From Bacteroidota bacterium (GTDB taxonomy: Bacteria > Bacteroidota > Bacteroidia > JAIBAJ01): a stretch of 64,000 nucleotides of DNA. A program made the position numbers and the translations under genes. Positions 19,722 to 30,524 of this stretch are shown here, piece after piece. The stretch lies in the NCBI GenBank assembly GCA_947475205.1, contig CANJNG010000001.1, positions 679 to 64,678 of the forward strand. Reading direction: 5' to 3'. Within the stretch, counting starts at the first letter, position 1, and each line of letters starts with the position of its first letter. A model generated the notes under the pieces. It did no database searches, was not told where the DNA came from, and saw only the letters and a list, made by a program, of their open reading frames with translations.

Positions 19722-20674
19722 TATTCCGTAAGTGATGCGGCTGAAATCTCTTCACCACTCAGTTTTACCGATGAAATAAAAATCTCATTCATGGAGGGGA
19801 CAATTTCCCGAAATAAAGAAACATTGCCTGTTTCTACCAAAAGCCGAAGCAAATCGTTGGCGTTGTTTTCGCCCAAAAGTCGAATCTTCGCCTTGATTGA
19901 ATTCCCTTCTACTCCCTTATTTTCTATAATTTCATAACCTGTCCATAAATTATTGGAGAGTTTTATAGAATTGGTGTCGCTCAATCCAACCTCGTAAATT
20001 TGGCTGCTGTGCTGCTTTTGAATATCGGAAACCGAACCCTCTAAAATCACTTTAGCCCGGTGGATTAAAGCTATATGGCTGCACATTTCCTCTACCGATG
20101 ACATATTATGGGTAGAGAAAATGATAGTTGTTCCTTTTTGTTGAAGTTCAAGAATTTCGTTTTTAATCAGATTGGCATTTATTGGGTCGAAGCCGCTAAA
20201 AGGCTCATCTAAAATCAAAAGTTTAGGCTCATGCAACACGGTAACAATGAACTGAATTTTCTGAGCCATCCCCTTGGAGAGTTCTTCTACTTTCTTCTTC
20301 CACCAGCCCTGAATCTCAAATTTCTCGAACCAATATTTTAGCTTTTGCATAGCATCGGCTCGGCTCAACCCTTTTAAACGTGCCAAATAAAGAGCCTGCT
20401 CGCCCACTTCCATCTTTTTGTAAAGCCCCCGTTCTTCGGGCAAATAGCCAATTTGTGACGTGTGTTTTTGTTGTAAGGGTTCCCCATTAAACAGAATCTG
20501 TCCTTCGTCTGGGCCCGTAATTTGATTGATTATTCGAATGAGGGAAGTTTTACCGGCTCCATTTGGGCCAAGCAACCCAAAAACACTTCCTTCAAGCACG
20601 TTTATGCTCACATCATCGAGAGCTGTGTGGCCATGATACCGCTTTACGATATGTTGAGCGTTAAGAATATACAT
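19721..20674 (-). CDS. ABC transporter ATP-binding protein
   Basis: 317 aa with Walker A GPNGAGKTS, an LSKGMAQK signature region and Walker B LILDEP. Confidence 0.85.
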   Translation of the reverse strand: MYILNAQHIVKRYHGHTALDDVSINVLEGSVFGLLGPNGAGKTSLIRIINQITGPDEGQILFNGEPLQQKHTSQIGYLPEERGLYKKMEVGEQALYLARLKGLSRADAMQKLKYWFEKFEIQGWWKKKVEELSKGMAQKIQFIVTVLHEPKLLILDEPFSGFDPINANLIKNEILELQQKGTTIIFSTHNMSSVEEMCSHIALIHRAKVILEGSVSDIQKQHSSQIYEVGLSDTNSIKLSNNLWTGYEIIENKGVEGNSIKAKIRLLGENNANDLLRLLVETGNVSLFREIVPSMNEIFISSVKLSGEEISAASLTE

Positions 20675-20878
20675 AGGGCAAAGGTGGGGAAAAGTTTATT
20701 TGTTTGGGATAGAATAATAATTGATGATTAATCTATTTACTTTAATCTCTTGAATTCAACAGCTTTGGAACCTGAATAAGCAATAGTGCAAATGCAATTG
20801 TCCAATTTTTCCTTGCATTCAATATTCAACTCTCAAAAACTATACTTTCGCACCTCAATAGCATATTGAACATTTAGC

Positions 20879-22312
20879 ATGATTACAGCACTACTTATAT
20901 TAATCCCATTCCTTGGTGGACTTGCCGCATTAGCCATAGGCGGAAAAACTGCCCGAATTATTGCCATAGCCGCATCAATAATCACCCTTGGTTTGGCCAA
21001 ATATGCCGTTTGGACTTTCGATTCACAAGCTGGTAAACAGTTTGCCACTAATCTCCCATGGATAAAATCTCTTGGGGTTAATTTTCATGTGGGTATGGAT
21101 GGTATTTCCATACTATTAGTGGTTCTTACAGCTTTTCTTGTTCCAATTATTCTTATTTCTGTAAAAGAAAATACCTATTCAAACCCGGCACTTTTTTATG
21201 GCTTGACTTTAATAATGGAGAGTGCCTTAATTGGAGTTTTCACAGCCTACGATGCTTTTCTTTTCTATGTTTTCTGGGAATTAGCTCTTATCCCCATTTA
21301 CTTTATTTGTATGCTTTTCGGTGGAGAAGGCCGTTTCCGTATAACGCTCAAGTTTTTTGTTTACACCTTGGCTGGTTCATTGCTAATGTTGATTGGCATA
21401 ATCTATCTCCGTCAAATCAACCCGGAAGGCAGTTTTGAGATTTCATCTTTCTATAAAATTACCCTTAGCGGCAGCCAACAATCTTGGTTGTTTTGGTTGT
21501 TTTTAATCGCCTTTGCCATTAAAATGCCAATTTTCCCTTTCCATACTTGGCAACCTGACACCTACACCAATGCACCGGCACAAGGCACAATGCTCTTGGG
21601 TGGAATTATGAGCAAAATGGGCGTGTATGGTTTAATTCGGTTCATTATTCCCCTGTTTCCTTCCGCTTTGCACGAATGGGGAAATGTAGTTATCGTTCTT
21701 TCCATAATTGGTATAGTTTACGGTTCATTGATGGCTTGGGTGCAAACCGACATAAAACGCCTGATTGCTTATTCATCTTTTGCTCACATTGGGCTAATTG
21801 CTGCCGGAGTTTTGGCCAATAACCAACAGGGAATGGACGGTGCAATGGTGCAAATGATTGCACATGGTATTAATGCTGTGGGACTTTTCTTGATTGTTGA
21901 TTATATTGAACGTACGTCTGGCACTCGATTGATTTCAGCTTTGGGAGGAATAAGAACAATTGCCCCCGTGGTAGCTACCTTGTTTTTGCTCATTTTGCTT
22001 GGAAGTGTTGGATTGCCTTTAACCAATGGTTTTGTTGGAGAGTATCTTCTACTTACAGGAATATTCCAATTTAAAGCAGGTGCTGCACTATTTGCCGGAC
22101 TAACAATGATTCTTGGGGCGGTGTATATGCTCAATGTTTACCAAAAAACTATGCTGGGAAATTCAGGGACAGCTTCCGCAATATTTGCCGATGTGAAAGG
22201 CTCAGACCTCTATCTATTGGCCTTAGTTGCCGGACTTGTTATCATTTCCGGAATATTCCCAACCTTCATTACCAACATATCGGGACCGGCGGTTGAAATG
22301 CTTCTGAAATAG
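20879..22312 (+). CDS. NuoM/ND4-family proton-conducting membrane subunit (complex I subunit M-like), stand-alone
   Basis: 477-aa polytopic protein with the full NuoM-like signature (WLPDAxxGPTP-like region, FPFHTWQPDTY). Confidence 0.75.
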   Translation: MITALLILIPFLGGLAALAIGGKTARIIAIAASIITLGLAKYAVWTFDSQAGKQFATNLPWIKSLGVNFHVGMDGISILLVVLTAFLVPIILISVKENTYSNPALFYGLTLIMESALIGVFTAYDAFLFYVFWELALIPIYFICMLFGGEGRFRITLKFFVYTLAGSLLMLIGIIYLRQINPEGSFEISSFYKITLSGSQQSWLFWLFLIAFAIKMPIFPFHTWQPDTYTNAPAQGTMLLGGIMSKMGVYGLIRFIIPLFPSALHEWGNVVIVLSIIGIVYGSLMAWVQTDIKRLIAYSSFAHIGLIAAGVLANNQQGMDGAMVQMIAHGINAVGLFLIVDYIERTSGTRLISALGGIRTIAPVVATLFLLILLGSVGLPLTNGFVGEYLLLTGIFQFKAGAALFAGLTMILGAVYMLNVYQKTMLGNSGTASAIFADVKGSDLYLLALVAGLVIISGIFPTFITNISGPAVEMLLK

Positions 22313-22413
22313 TAGAATAGCTGCACATCAAGGCATTCAACCTCGGATTTATTTCCTTACCCATCCTTAATATAAAAATTAAGCCCGTTTAATCCATTCC
22401 ACGTTCACCGTGC

Positions 22414-22421
22414 TACCTTTG
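22414..22421 (+). promoter_or_regulatory. Bacteroidota-type -7 promoter box (TAnnTTTG) upstream of pyk
   Basis: TACCTTTG lies 18 nt before the pyk ATG. The same octamer precedes the ABC permease (25777-25784) and dnaN (56901-56908). Confidence 0.35.
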
Positions 22422-22438
22422 CACAAAGAATTAATGAA

Positions 22439-23866
22439 ATGGAAAACAGCGTAAAGCGGACGAAGATTGTGGCTACGATTGGCCCGGCATCGTCGAGTAT
22501 GGAAATGCTTGAAAAGATGATGCAAGCCGGAATGGATGTGTGCCGGATAAATTTTTCGCACAGCAGCTACGAACAGCACAAGCGAGTGATTGAAAATGTA
22601 AGAGCTTTGAATCTAAAACACGGACTATTTGTACCAATATTAGCCGATTTGCAAGGTCCTAAACTTAGGATTGGAGAGGTAGAAGGCGGTTCGGTGGAGA
22701 TTGTGGAAGGCAATAGCATTTTATTCACCACCGAAAAATGTATCGGAACAGCCGAGAAAGTATATATGACCTATCAGCAATTTCCGAAGGATGTAAATCC
22801 GGGAGAAATTATATTGGTGGACGATGGCAAATTGGTTTTCAAGGTGCTTGAAACTAATGGAAAAGATAATGTTAAAGCCAGGATTGAACACGGCGGACGC
22901 TTATCTTCCAAAAAGGGAGTGAATCTACCCAACACCAAAGTTTCATTACCTTCTTTAACTGAGAAAGATTTATATGATTTAGATTTTGCCTTAGAAAATG
23001 ATGTGGAATGGATTGGACTAAGCTTTGTGCGATCGGCGGCAGATATAATAGAGCTGAAACACCGCATTGATGCTGCTGGAAAGCGGGCAAAAATCATTGC
23101 TAAGGTAGAAAAGCCCGAAGCCGTTGAAGACCTCGATGCCATTATAGCCGAAACCGATGGAGTGATGGTAGCTCGTGGCGATTTGGGCGTAGAAGTTCCT
23201 ATGCAGAAAGTACCCGGCATTCAAAAAACGATTGTTCGGAAATGTCTAAAAGCCTCGAAACCCGTAATTATCGCCACCCAAATGATGGAAAGTATGATTA
23301 CCAGCGTGCAACCCAGCCGAGCAGAGGTAAACGATGTAGCCAATTCGGTAATTGATGGTGCCGATGCCTTAATGCTAAGTGGCGAAACCAGCGTAGGCGA
23401 CCATCCTGATAAAGTGATAGAAGCCATGCATAAAATCATTTTGCAAATCGAAGCTACCGAAAGCGTTTACCACAAAGAAAACCCACCATCGGCCGATTCC
23501 CCTCGGTTTTTGTCGGAATCTATTTGCTACACCGCCACTACATTAGCCCGACAAAGCGGAGCAACAGCCATTATCACCATGACCAATTCGGGTTTCACCG
23601 CTTTTCAGGTATCGGCAAACCGCCCGGAAGCCAATATTTTCGTTTTTACCGATAACCGCCCAATTTTAAATACCCTCAATTTAGTGTGGGGGGTGAAATG
23701 TTTTTACTACGATAAATATGTAAGCACCGACCACACAATTGCCGACATTAAACACAAACTCAAAAAGGACGGATTAGTTCATGCCGGCGAACGAATCATC
23801 AATATTGCCAGTATGCCAATTTCCGACAAAGGCGGCTCAAATATGCTGAAATTAAGTGAGGTGTAG
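22439..23866 (+). CDS. pyk: pyruvate kinase
   Basis: 475 aa with a canonical PK signature (MGDVCRINFSHSSYEQHK, ...MVARGDLGVE...). Confidence 0.9.
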   Translation: MENSVKRTKIVATIGPASSSMEMLEKMMQAGMDVCRINFSHSSYEQHKRVIENVRALNLKHGLFVPILADLQGPKLRIGEVEGGSVEIVEGNSILFTTEKCIGTAEKVYMTYQQFPKDVNPGEIILVDDGKLVFKVLETNGKDNVKARIEHGGRLSSKKGVNLPNTKVSLPSLTEKDLYDLDFALENDVEWIGLSFVRSAADIIELKHRIDAAGKRAKIIAKVEKPEAVEDLDAIIAETDGVMVARGDLGVEVPMQKVPGIQKTIVRKCLKASKPVIIATQMMESMITSVQPSRAEVNDVANSVIDGADALMLSGETSVGDHPDKVIEAMHKIILQIEATESVYHKENPPSADSPRFLSESICYTATTLARQSGATAIITMTNSGFTAFQVSANRPEANIFVFTDNRPILNTLNLVWGVKCFYYDKYVSTDHTIADIKHKLKKDGLVHAGERIINIASMPISDKGGSNMLKLSEV

Positions 23867-23948
23867 TTGTAAATTGAGGTTTATCGTTTTCAAAATTTGT
23901 GATTATTTGCTCAATTAGCGTTATTAGCGTTCCCATTTCTTCGCCTAA

Positions 23949-24911
23949 ATGAAGCCATCTAAATCCCGATTCCTTCCCGTTTTTTATCTTCTGCTGGCCT
24001 ACCTTCTGCTCCAGTTTTCGTGGTGGGCATATAGCATTGCCCAGCTCAATGCCGAAATCATTTCCCTAAAAATAGAACTTGCCCAAACCAATGGAGCAGC
24101 CCCCGAAAAGATATCCGAAATAAACAATACGCTCGACAAAAAACTATGGATGGTAAGCGGCGAAGGCACCGTATTCCTCATCTTGCTATTGGCCGGAGCC
24201 TTCTATATCCGCCGGAGTTTTAAAAAGGAAATTTTGCTCCGCAATCAGCAAAAGAACTTTATGCTATCCGTTACCCACGAACTCAAATCCCCGCTTTCTT
24301 CCATAAAATTGTATTTACAAACCCTTATCAAACGCGACCTTCCTCCCGAAAAACAAAAAGAAATCACCCGCCACGCCCTCGCAGATAGCGATCGTCTTGC
24401 CATCTTAATCGATAACATCCTCACCGCCTCTCGCATCGAAAGCGGAAGATTCGAGCTTCATCCCCAAAAAGAAAACCTCGGAATATTTGTCCAAAAATTA
24501 GCCCTCCAACACTTCCAACCCGGACTAGGCACCCATAAACTCTACACCGAAATAGCATCCGACATCGAGCTAAAATTCGATTCAATGGCCCTCTCCATCA
24601 TCATCGGCAACCTCCTCGACAACGCCACCAAATATTCCCCCCAGCAAACAACCATCAGCGTTTTACTTAAAAAAACAGCCACCGAAACAACCCTCCAAAT
24701 AGCCGACCAAGGCAACGGAATCCCCGCCGCAGAACGCCAAAAAATCTTCGACAAATTTTACCGCATCGGCAACGAAGACACCCGCAAAGCAAAAGGCACC
24801 GGACTCGGCCTCTACATCGTCAAAACCCTTGCCGATTTAAGCCGAATCACCATATCCGTTGCCGATAACGAAAAAGGCGGCTCCACATTTACCCTTCACT
24901 TTCAGCAGTAA
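23949..24911 (+). CDS. sensor histidine kinase (HisKA + HATPase_c) with an N-terminal TM segment
   Basis: H-box HELKSPLSSIKLYLQTL. N, G1 and G2 boxes are present (DNATKYSP, DQGNGIP, GTGLGL). Confidence 0.85.
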   Translation: MKPSKSRFLPVFYLLLAYLLLQFSWWAYSIAQLNAEIISLKIELAQTNGAAPEKISEINNTLDKKLWMVSGEGTVFLILLLAGAFYIRRSFKKEILLRNQQKNFMLSVTHELKSPLSSIKLYLQTLIKRDLPPEKQKEITRHALADSDRLAILIDNILTASRIESGRFELHPQKENLGIFVQKLALQHFQPGLGTHKLYTEIASDIELKFDSMALSIIIGNLLDNATKYSPQQTTISVLLKKTATETTLQIADQGNGIPAAERQKIFDKFYRIGNEDTRKAKGTGLGLYIVKTLADLSRITISVADNEKGGSTFTLHFQQ

Positions 24912-24923
24912 AACCCAACCACA

Positions 24924-25130
24924 ATGGACATCACCCGCGGCCACTGGATTTTCGCCCTCCTCTTCACCATCGGCTTCATCATCATGATGTTTTTCGCCTA
25001 CCGCGACGACATCAAAGCCAACCCCCAATACTTCAAAGGCTCCTGGAAAATCACCCTCATAATCGTCGGCTCCATCATGGTTCTCGTAGTCATAAAAATC
25101 CTCTTTCGGTTTTCAGGATATACCCTTTAA
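24924..25130 (+). CDS. small two-TM membrane protein (68 aa)
   Basis: Starts 13 nt after the HK stop and has two clear hydrophobic helices. Confidence 0.45.
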   Translation: MDITRGHWIFALLFTIGFIIMMFFAYRDDIKANPQYFKGSWKITLIIVGSIMVLVVIKILFRFSGYTL

Positions 25131-25385
25131 ATTCTTTTTTGGAGCAGAACCTTTGGCATTTCAAGCCAACGTTTGGGTCCCGCTATCCGTTCCAAGTCCG
25201 CCAGCCCCACAAGCCAAACCCACTTCGGGCTTTCCACTCCTATCGGGGCTAAACCGAAAGGACCGTATTTCAAACTAACGGTTGCTAAAATACCCTTCGG
25301 CGGCTTTAATTACCCTTACCCTTCTACTCACCCCCTTCAATACACTTCACAAGCTTATCGTCACTATACTCACGTCAATAACTAC

Positions 25386-25595
25386 GTTTCGCATGCCCAC
25401 CTCTACCGTACTCGCGTCCATCACGATGCTTCGCACATCTAACACTACGGTACTCACGACTATCACGATGCTTCGCACGTCTATCACTACTGTACTCGCG
25501 ACTATCACGATGCTTCGCACGTCTATCACTACTGTACTCGCGTCCATAACGATGCTTCGCACATCTATCACTACTGTACTCGAGTTCAACACTAC
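25386..25595. repeat. 42-bp tandem repeat, about 5 copies (consensus CTATCACGATGCTTCGCACGTCTATCACTACTGTACTCGCGA)
   Basis: Units at 25386, 25428, 25470, 25512 and 25554 with >90% identity between the middle copies. The array sits in a 660-bp non-coding, strand-asymmetric region that is C-rich on the top strand. Confidence 0.85.
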
Positions 25596-25789
25596 GACCC
25601 TCACTTAATACATGTTTTGAAAAATAATGCCATGAATGATTAAATTCTTTAGCCTAGTAGCAAAAATACACCCATCAATTTTCCTCTAAATTAAAAGTTG
25701 TACCACAATTATTTCAAGGCATTCAAATCAAATTTATAGCCCCTAACATAACCATTCTCCCCTTCTAATTCCCCATTACCTTTGCCCCA

Positions 25790-27040
25790 ATGTTCATCTA
25801 CCTAAAACTTGTAAGCGAAAGTTTTATTATGGCTGCCGGTGCCATGATGGCCAATAAACTCCGAACCTTCCTCTCTCTTCTTGGCATTTCAATAGGCATA
25901 TTAGCCATTATTTCAGTCTTCACAGTTGTCGATGGAATGAAAGACTACGTCCACAAAAGCGTACAAAGCCTTGGCGACGATATAATCTACATCGGCAAAT
26001 GGCCCTGGGAGTTCGGCGGCGATTACCCTTGGTGGAAATACTGGCAACGCCCTGTCCCCAGCATCGACGAAGCAATCCAGCTAAAACGCAAACTCAAAAA
26101 TGCCGAAGGAGTATGTTTCAGAGCCGGAACAAAAAAGACAGTAACTTTCCTTAACAACTCCGTGCAAAGTGTCGACGTAAACTGCGTCTCCCACGACTGG
26201 GAACGCATCCGCGATTTAGAACTCACCGAAGGCCGCTATTTCACACCCGCCGAAAGTGCCTCAGGCCGAAACGTTGGAGTCGTAGGTTACGCCATTTCGC
26301 AAGCCCTCTTTGGCGGCCTAAACCCGGTGGGCAAAGTCGTGAAAATGAACGGCCGAAAAATCACCATTGTAGGCGAAATTGCCAAAGATGGCGAAAGCAT
26401 TTTCGGTAACAACAAAGACAACTATTTGGTGATACCTGTAAATTTTGCCCGAAACATGTTCGATCTCCGCAAAGAAAATCTTGACCCATTGATTCTTGTT
26501 AAAGCCAAAGACGGCATTAGCAACATCGAAATGAAAGAAGAACTTTCAGGCATGATGCGAGGTATTCGTCGCCTGAAACCCACCGCCGACGACAACTTCT
26601 CCCTCAACGAAACCAGCCTTATCTCCAAAGGCTTCGACGGCCTTTTTATTTTGCTCAATGTGGCCGGATGGTTTATCGGAGGTTTCTCCATTTTGGTTGG
26701 CGGCTTCGGAATTGCCAACATTATGTTTGTCTCAGTCAGAGAACGAACTAACCAAATCGGAATCCAAAAGTCATTGGGAGCCAAGAATTACTTTATTCTT
26801 TTCCAATTCCTTTTCGAAGCTGTACTTCTTTGCCTAATTGGTGGTGTTGCCGGATTAGTCGTTGTCTTTATCTTAGTTCAGATTGCAAATGCAGTATTAG
26901 ATATGGAAATGGCTTTGACCCTATTTAACATTCTTCGAGGTGTTCTAATATCAGTGGTGATTGGGCTTGTGGCAGGCATTATCCCTGCCTGGAGTGCCTC
27001 TCGCCTCGACCCCGTAGAAGCGATTCGCAGCAATGGTTAA
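25790..27040 (+). CDS. ABC transporter permease (FtsX/MacB-like)
   Basis: 416 aa with an N-terminal TM helix, a large periplasmic domain and a C-terminal FtsX 3-TM bundle. The true start is probably an internal Met (for example MMANKLRTF). Confidence 0.8.
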   Translation: MFIYLKLVSESFIMAAGAMMANKLRTFLSLLGISIGILAIISVFTVVDGMKDYVHKSVQSLGDDIIYIGKWPWEFGGDYPWWKYWQRPVPSIDEAIQLKRKLKNAEGVCFRAGTKKTVTFLNNSVQSVDVNCVSHDWERIRDLELTEGRYFTPAESASGRNVGVVGYAISQALFGGLNPVGKVVKMNGRKITIVGEIAKDGESIFGNNKDNYLVIPVNFARNMFDLRKENLDPLILVKAKDGISNIEMKEELSGMMRGIRRLKPTADDNFSLNETSLISKGFDGLFILLNVAGWFIGGFSILVGGFGIANIMFVSVRERTNQIGIQKSLGAKNYFILFQFLFEAVLLCLIGGVAGLVVVFILVQIANAVLDMEMALTLFNILRGVLISVVIGLVAGIIPAWSASRLDPVEAIRSNG

Positions 27041-27070
27041 AACCAAATTAAATTACCTTCGCCCTTTACA

Positions 27071-28024
27071 ATGAACTATCTAGATTTCGAAAAACCAATA
27101 GCCGAACTGGCCGATCAGATTGAGAAGCAGAAACAAATAGCCGAGAAAAACAAGGTAGATGCTTCGCAAACAATCCTCCAACTCGAAGACAAATTAGAAC
27201 AAACACGTAAAGAGATTTACGGCAATCTCACTCCTTGGCAGCGTGTTCAGGTTAGCCGCCATCCCGATAGACCCTATACTCTTGCTTATATAAATCATAT
27301 CACCGATGGCACATTCACAGAGTTGCACGGCGACCGCACCGTGAAAGACGATAAAGCAATGGTGGGTGGTTTTGGAAGTATTGATGGCAGAACGGTTATG
27401 TTCATTGGTCAGCAAAAGGGCATAAACTTAAAGATGCGACAACTTCGTAATTTCGGAATGCCAAACCCCGAAGGCTATCGAAAAGCTCTCCGCTTGATGA
27501 AGTTAGCCGAAAAGTTCAATAAACCCATTGTTACCATAATTGACACCCCTGGAGCTTTCCCCGGTATAGAGGCCGAAGAACGTGGTCAAGGAGAGGCTAT
27601 TGCTCGCAACCTTTTTGAAATGACCCTTTTAAAAGTACCTGTAATTTGTATAATCATAGGCGAAGGTGCATCGGGCGGAGCTTTAGGCATTGGCATTGGC
27701 GATAGAGTTTTGATGTTGGAAAACACTTGGTATAGTGTAATTTCTCCCGAAAGTTGCTCTTCAATCCTTTGGCGTAGCTGGGATCATAAAGAAACCGCTG
27801 CAAGTGCCTTGAAACTCACCCCAAATGATATGTTAGGAAATGGGCTAATTGACGGCATTATTAAAGAACCCATCGGCGGAGCACACACCAATCAGGAAGA
27901 AACATTTTGCCGAGTAAAAAAAGAAATACTGAAAAACCTAACTGAACTCGACAAGCTAAGTTCCGATGCACGTGTAATCCATCGAATTGAGAAGTTCAGC
28001 AATATGGGTGTAGTGGTCGAGTAA
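27071..28024 (+). CDS. accA: acetyl-CoA carboxylase carboxyltransferase subunit alpha
   Basis: 317 aa with an AccA signature ([27 protein letters not shown]). Confidence 0.9.
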   Translation: MNYLDFEKPIAELADQIEKQKQIAEKNKVDASQTILQLEDKLEQTRKEIYGNLTPWQRVQVSRHPDRPYTLAYINHITDGTFTELHGDRTVKDDKAMVGGFGSIDGRTVMFIGQQKGINLKMRQLRNFGMPNPEGYRKALRLMKLAEKFNKPIVTIIDTPGAFPGIEAEERGQGEAIARNLFEMTLLKVPVICIIIGEGASGGALGIGIGDRVLMLENTWYSVISPESCSSILWRSWDHKETAASALKLTPNDMLGNGLIDGIIKEPIGGAHTNQEETFCRVKKEILKNLTELDKLSSDARVIHRIEKFSNMGVVVE

Positions 28025-28138
28025 TTGTGGGAACACAAACCACTGAGACCGCAGAGTGAATATTCACAGAGCTCGCAAGTCTTAAACTTTGGGTTCCTTG
28101 TGTGTAATTACTTTGGGTTCTCTGTGGTAAAATGGAAA

Positions 28139-28651
28139 TTACTCCTTTTTCCGAAAAGCTAAATATTGAGCTAAAAATAACAATATTAGCGTTGAAAGCG
28201 AACTCAGAATTACCCTTAAAAGTGTATAGAAGAACTCCGAAAGCCGGAACACTTCTATATAAAACAATAAAGTGTGATGGAGCAAAACCAATATTCCTGA
28301 ATAAGCAAAGAACCACGGGATACCAAAGAAATCAATTGTGGGGCGCGCCCCAAATTCATAACCTTCACGGGGCGAAAGAAATTTCAAGACTCCCGGACGG
28401 CAAAAAGCAATGAATAGCGTTGCAATCGTATGCATCCCATAAGTATTGGAAAAAGCATCAATGATAATTCCTGTGATAAACCCAAGCGAAAGGAGAAGCC
28501 AGCCCGGAGTTTGCAGTGGCAACATCAAAATAAAGTAAACATAAAACCACGGATTTATGTAACCGCCAAGCCTCAGTTCATTCAAGATGAACACCTGCAA
28601 GGCAATTGCAACTACAAACCTGATGGAATTACTTATTACTTCCTGAAACAT
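28139..28651 (-). CDS. mreD: rod shape-determining protein MreD
   Basis: 170-aa hydrophobic protein at the end of the mreBC operon. Confidence 0.7.
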   Translation of the reverse strand: MFQEVISNSIRFVVAIALQVFILNELRLGGYINPWFYVYFILMLPLQTPGWLLLSLGFITGIIIDAFSNTYGMHTIATLFIAFCRPGVLKFLSPREGYEFGARPTIDFFGIPWFFAYSGILVLLHHTLLFYIEVFRLSEFFYTLLRVILSSLSTLILLFLAQYLAFRKKE

Positions 28652-29493
28652 TATTGTTCTTCTTCTTTTTGGCCAACGGCTTCAAGGTTTTCCTGCTCTG
28701 CTTTCATCATATTCCTAACCACATACACATAGGTTACCCGCTGAAAATTAGTGTTTAGCCGTATTTTAATGTCGTAAAAGTTGTTGCCGGGCTTCAAATC
28801 AAAGCTCTGAATAATTCCTACTGTAATCCCTTCGGGGAATAATTTGGAATAGGAAGAGGTAATAATCGTGTCACCAATGTGAACTTCGGCGTGGCTTGGA
28901 ATATCGTTTAGCATGGCCTCTTTTGGGTTGCCGCCTTCCCAATAGCAGGTGCCGAAATAGTCTCCGTTTTTAATTTTGGCCGAAATGCTACATTTTTTAT
29001 TGAGAAACGAAATAACTGATGAAAAATTAGGCGAAACATCTTTCACTATTCCTACAATTCCTTCACCATTCACCACAGCCATATCGGGTTTTATTCCATG
29101 TAATAAACCCCGGTTTAGGGTGATGAAGTTGTTGCGTTTTCCGGTAGAATTATTAATAGCTTTGGCTGGAATATATACATACTGCTGACGATAAACGGTG
29201 TCGTTTACCGTAATCTGATCGGCTTTTTTGTAAAGAAAATAGCTCTGTTTTAAATCGCTGCGAAGTCCTGAGTTTTCGTAGGCCAATTGCTGATTGATTG
29301 ACTTTAGCCTGAAATACTCAAAAAACTGGTCATACCCATCTTGAATTCGGGCAGTTTGTTCCGATAGTTTGCTGTAATATCCCGACTCGTGGTATTCGTT
29401 ATTATCCACCAACAGCCCAACCGAAAAGCCTTCTAAAATTAGAAAGAGGAAGAAGAAATAGTAACGCCAGATGAAAATCAGGACATTTTTCAT
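28651..29493 (-). CDS. mreC: rod shape-determining protein MreC
   Basis: 280 aa with an N-terminal TM and coiled-coil region, directly downstream of mreB. Confidence 0.8.
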   Translation of the reverse strand: MKNVLIFIWRYYFFFLFLILEGFSVGLLVDNNEYHESGYYSKLSEQTARIQDGYDQFFEYFRLKSINQQLAYENSGLRSDLKQSYFLYKKADQITVNDTVYRQQYVYIPAKAINNSTGKRNNFITLNRGLLHGIKPDMAVVNGEGIVGIVKDVSPNFSSVISFLNKKCSISAKIKNGDYFGTCYWEGGNPKEAMLNDIPSHAEVHIGDTIITSSYSKLFPEGITVGIIQSFDLKPGNNFYDIKIRLNTNFQRVTYVYVVRNMMKAEQENLEAVGQKEEEQ

Positions 29494-29501
29494 TTAAGCT
29501 T

Positions 29502-30524
29502 TTATTTCATCAGGAATGGGAATTTCCCAACATTTTTCAAGGCAATACCGGTTCCGCGAGCCACTGCACGAAGTGGATCTTCGGCTATGTGAACAGGCAG
29601 TTTTGTTTTTTGTGAAATACGTTTATCTAAACCTCGCAACATAGAACCTCCACCGGCTAAATATATTCCGGTGCGAAATATGTCAGCAGAAAGTTCCGGC
29701 GGAGTCATTTCTAAAGCGTTCAAGATAGCTGCTTCAATTTTTGAAATAGATTTATCAAGGGCATGAGCAATCTCAATATAGGAAACCGTGATTTCTTTCG
29801 GAATCCCGGTCATTAAGTCGCGGCCTTGTACGGCGTAGTCTGGTGGGGGATTGTCGAGTTCTGTAGTGGCCGCACCTACTTCTATTTTGATTCGTTCGGC
29901 GGTGCGTTCCCCCACCAAAATATTGTGCTGTCTTCGCATATAATCTTCAATATCGGAAGTGAAATCATCACCCGCCACACGAATACTTTTATCGCAGACA
30001 ATACCGCCTAAGGCTATAACCGCAATTTCGGAGGTTCCGCCCCCAATGTCGATAATCATATTCCCCATCGGCTCTTCCACATCGATACCAATCCCGATTG
30101 CCGCCGCCATCGGCTCCTGAATCAAATATACTTCCTTTGCTCCAGCATGTTCGGCACTGTCTTTAACGGCTCGTTTTTCCACCTCGGTGATACCACTTGG
30201 AATACAGATTACCATTTTAAGTGAAGGTTGAAAGAAGTGCTTCCCGGGATTAATCATCTTTATCATTTCCCGAATCATCTGTTCTGCAGCATGAAAATCG
30301 GCAATAACTCCATCCCGTAAAGGTCGAATAGTCTTAATGTCTTCGTGGGTTTTTCCGTGCATTTGCATTGCCCGTTTACCCACTGCCATTACCCGCCCAT
30401 CGCGACGATTGATGGCTACAATCGAAGGCTCATCCACTACCACCTTGTCGTTGTGAATGATAAGTGTATTTGCTGTGCCAAGGTCAATCGCTATTTCTTG
30501 GGTAAAAAAGTTGAATAATCCCAT
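29502..30524 (-). CDS. mreB: rod shape-determining protein MreB
   Basis: 340-aa actin-like ATPase (IDLGTANTLI, DIGGGTSEIAV). Confidence 0.9.
   Translation of the reverse strand: MGLFNFFTQEIAIDLGTANTLIIHNDKVVVDEPSIVAINRRDGRVMAVGKRAMQMHGKTHEDIKTIRPLRDGVIADFHAAEQMIREMIKMINPGKHFFQPSLKMVICIPSGITEVEKRAVKDSAEHAGAKEVYLIQEPMAAAIGIGIDVEEPMGNMIIDIGGGTSEIAVIALGGIVCDKSIRVAGDDFTSDIEDYMRRQHNILVGERTAERIKIEVGAATTELDNPPPDYAVQGRDLMTGIPKEITVSYIEIAHALDKSISKIEAAILNALEMTPPELSADIFRTGIYLAGGGSMLRGLDKRISQKTKLPVHIAEDPLRAVARGTGIALKNVGKFPFLMK

Noticed and set aside
25386-25595. Possible CRISPR array (regular short repeats)
   Set aside because: Units are contiguous 42-mers with no unique spacers between them. The same holds for 54052-54540. 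Both are tandem repeats, not CRISPRs.
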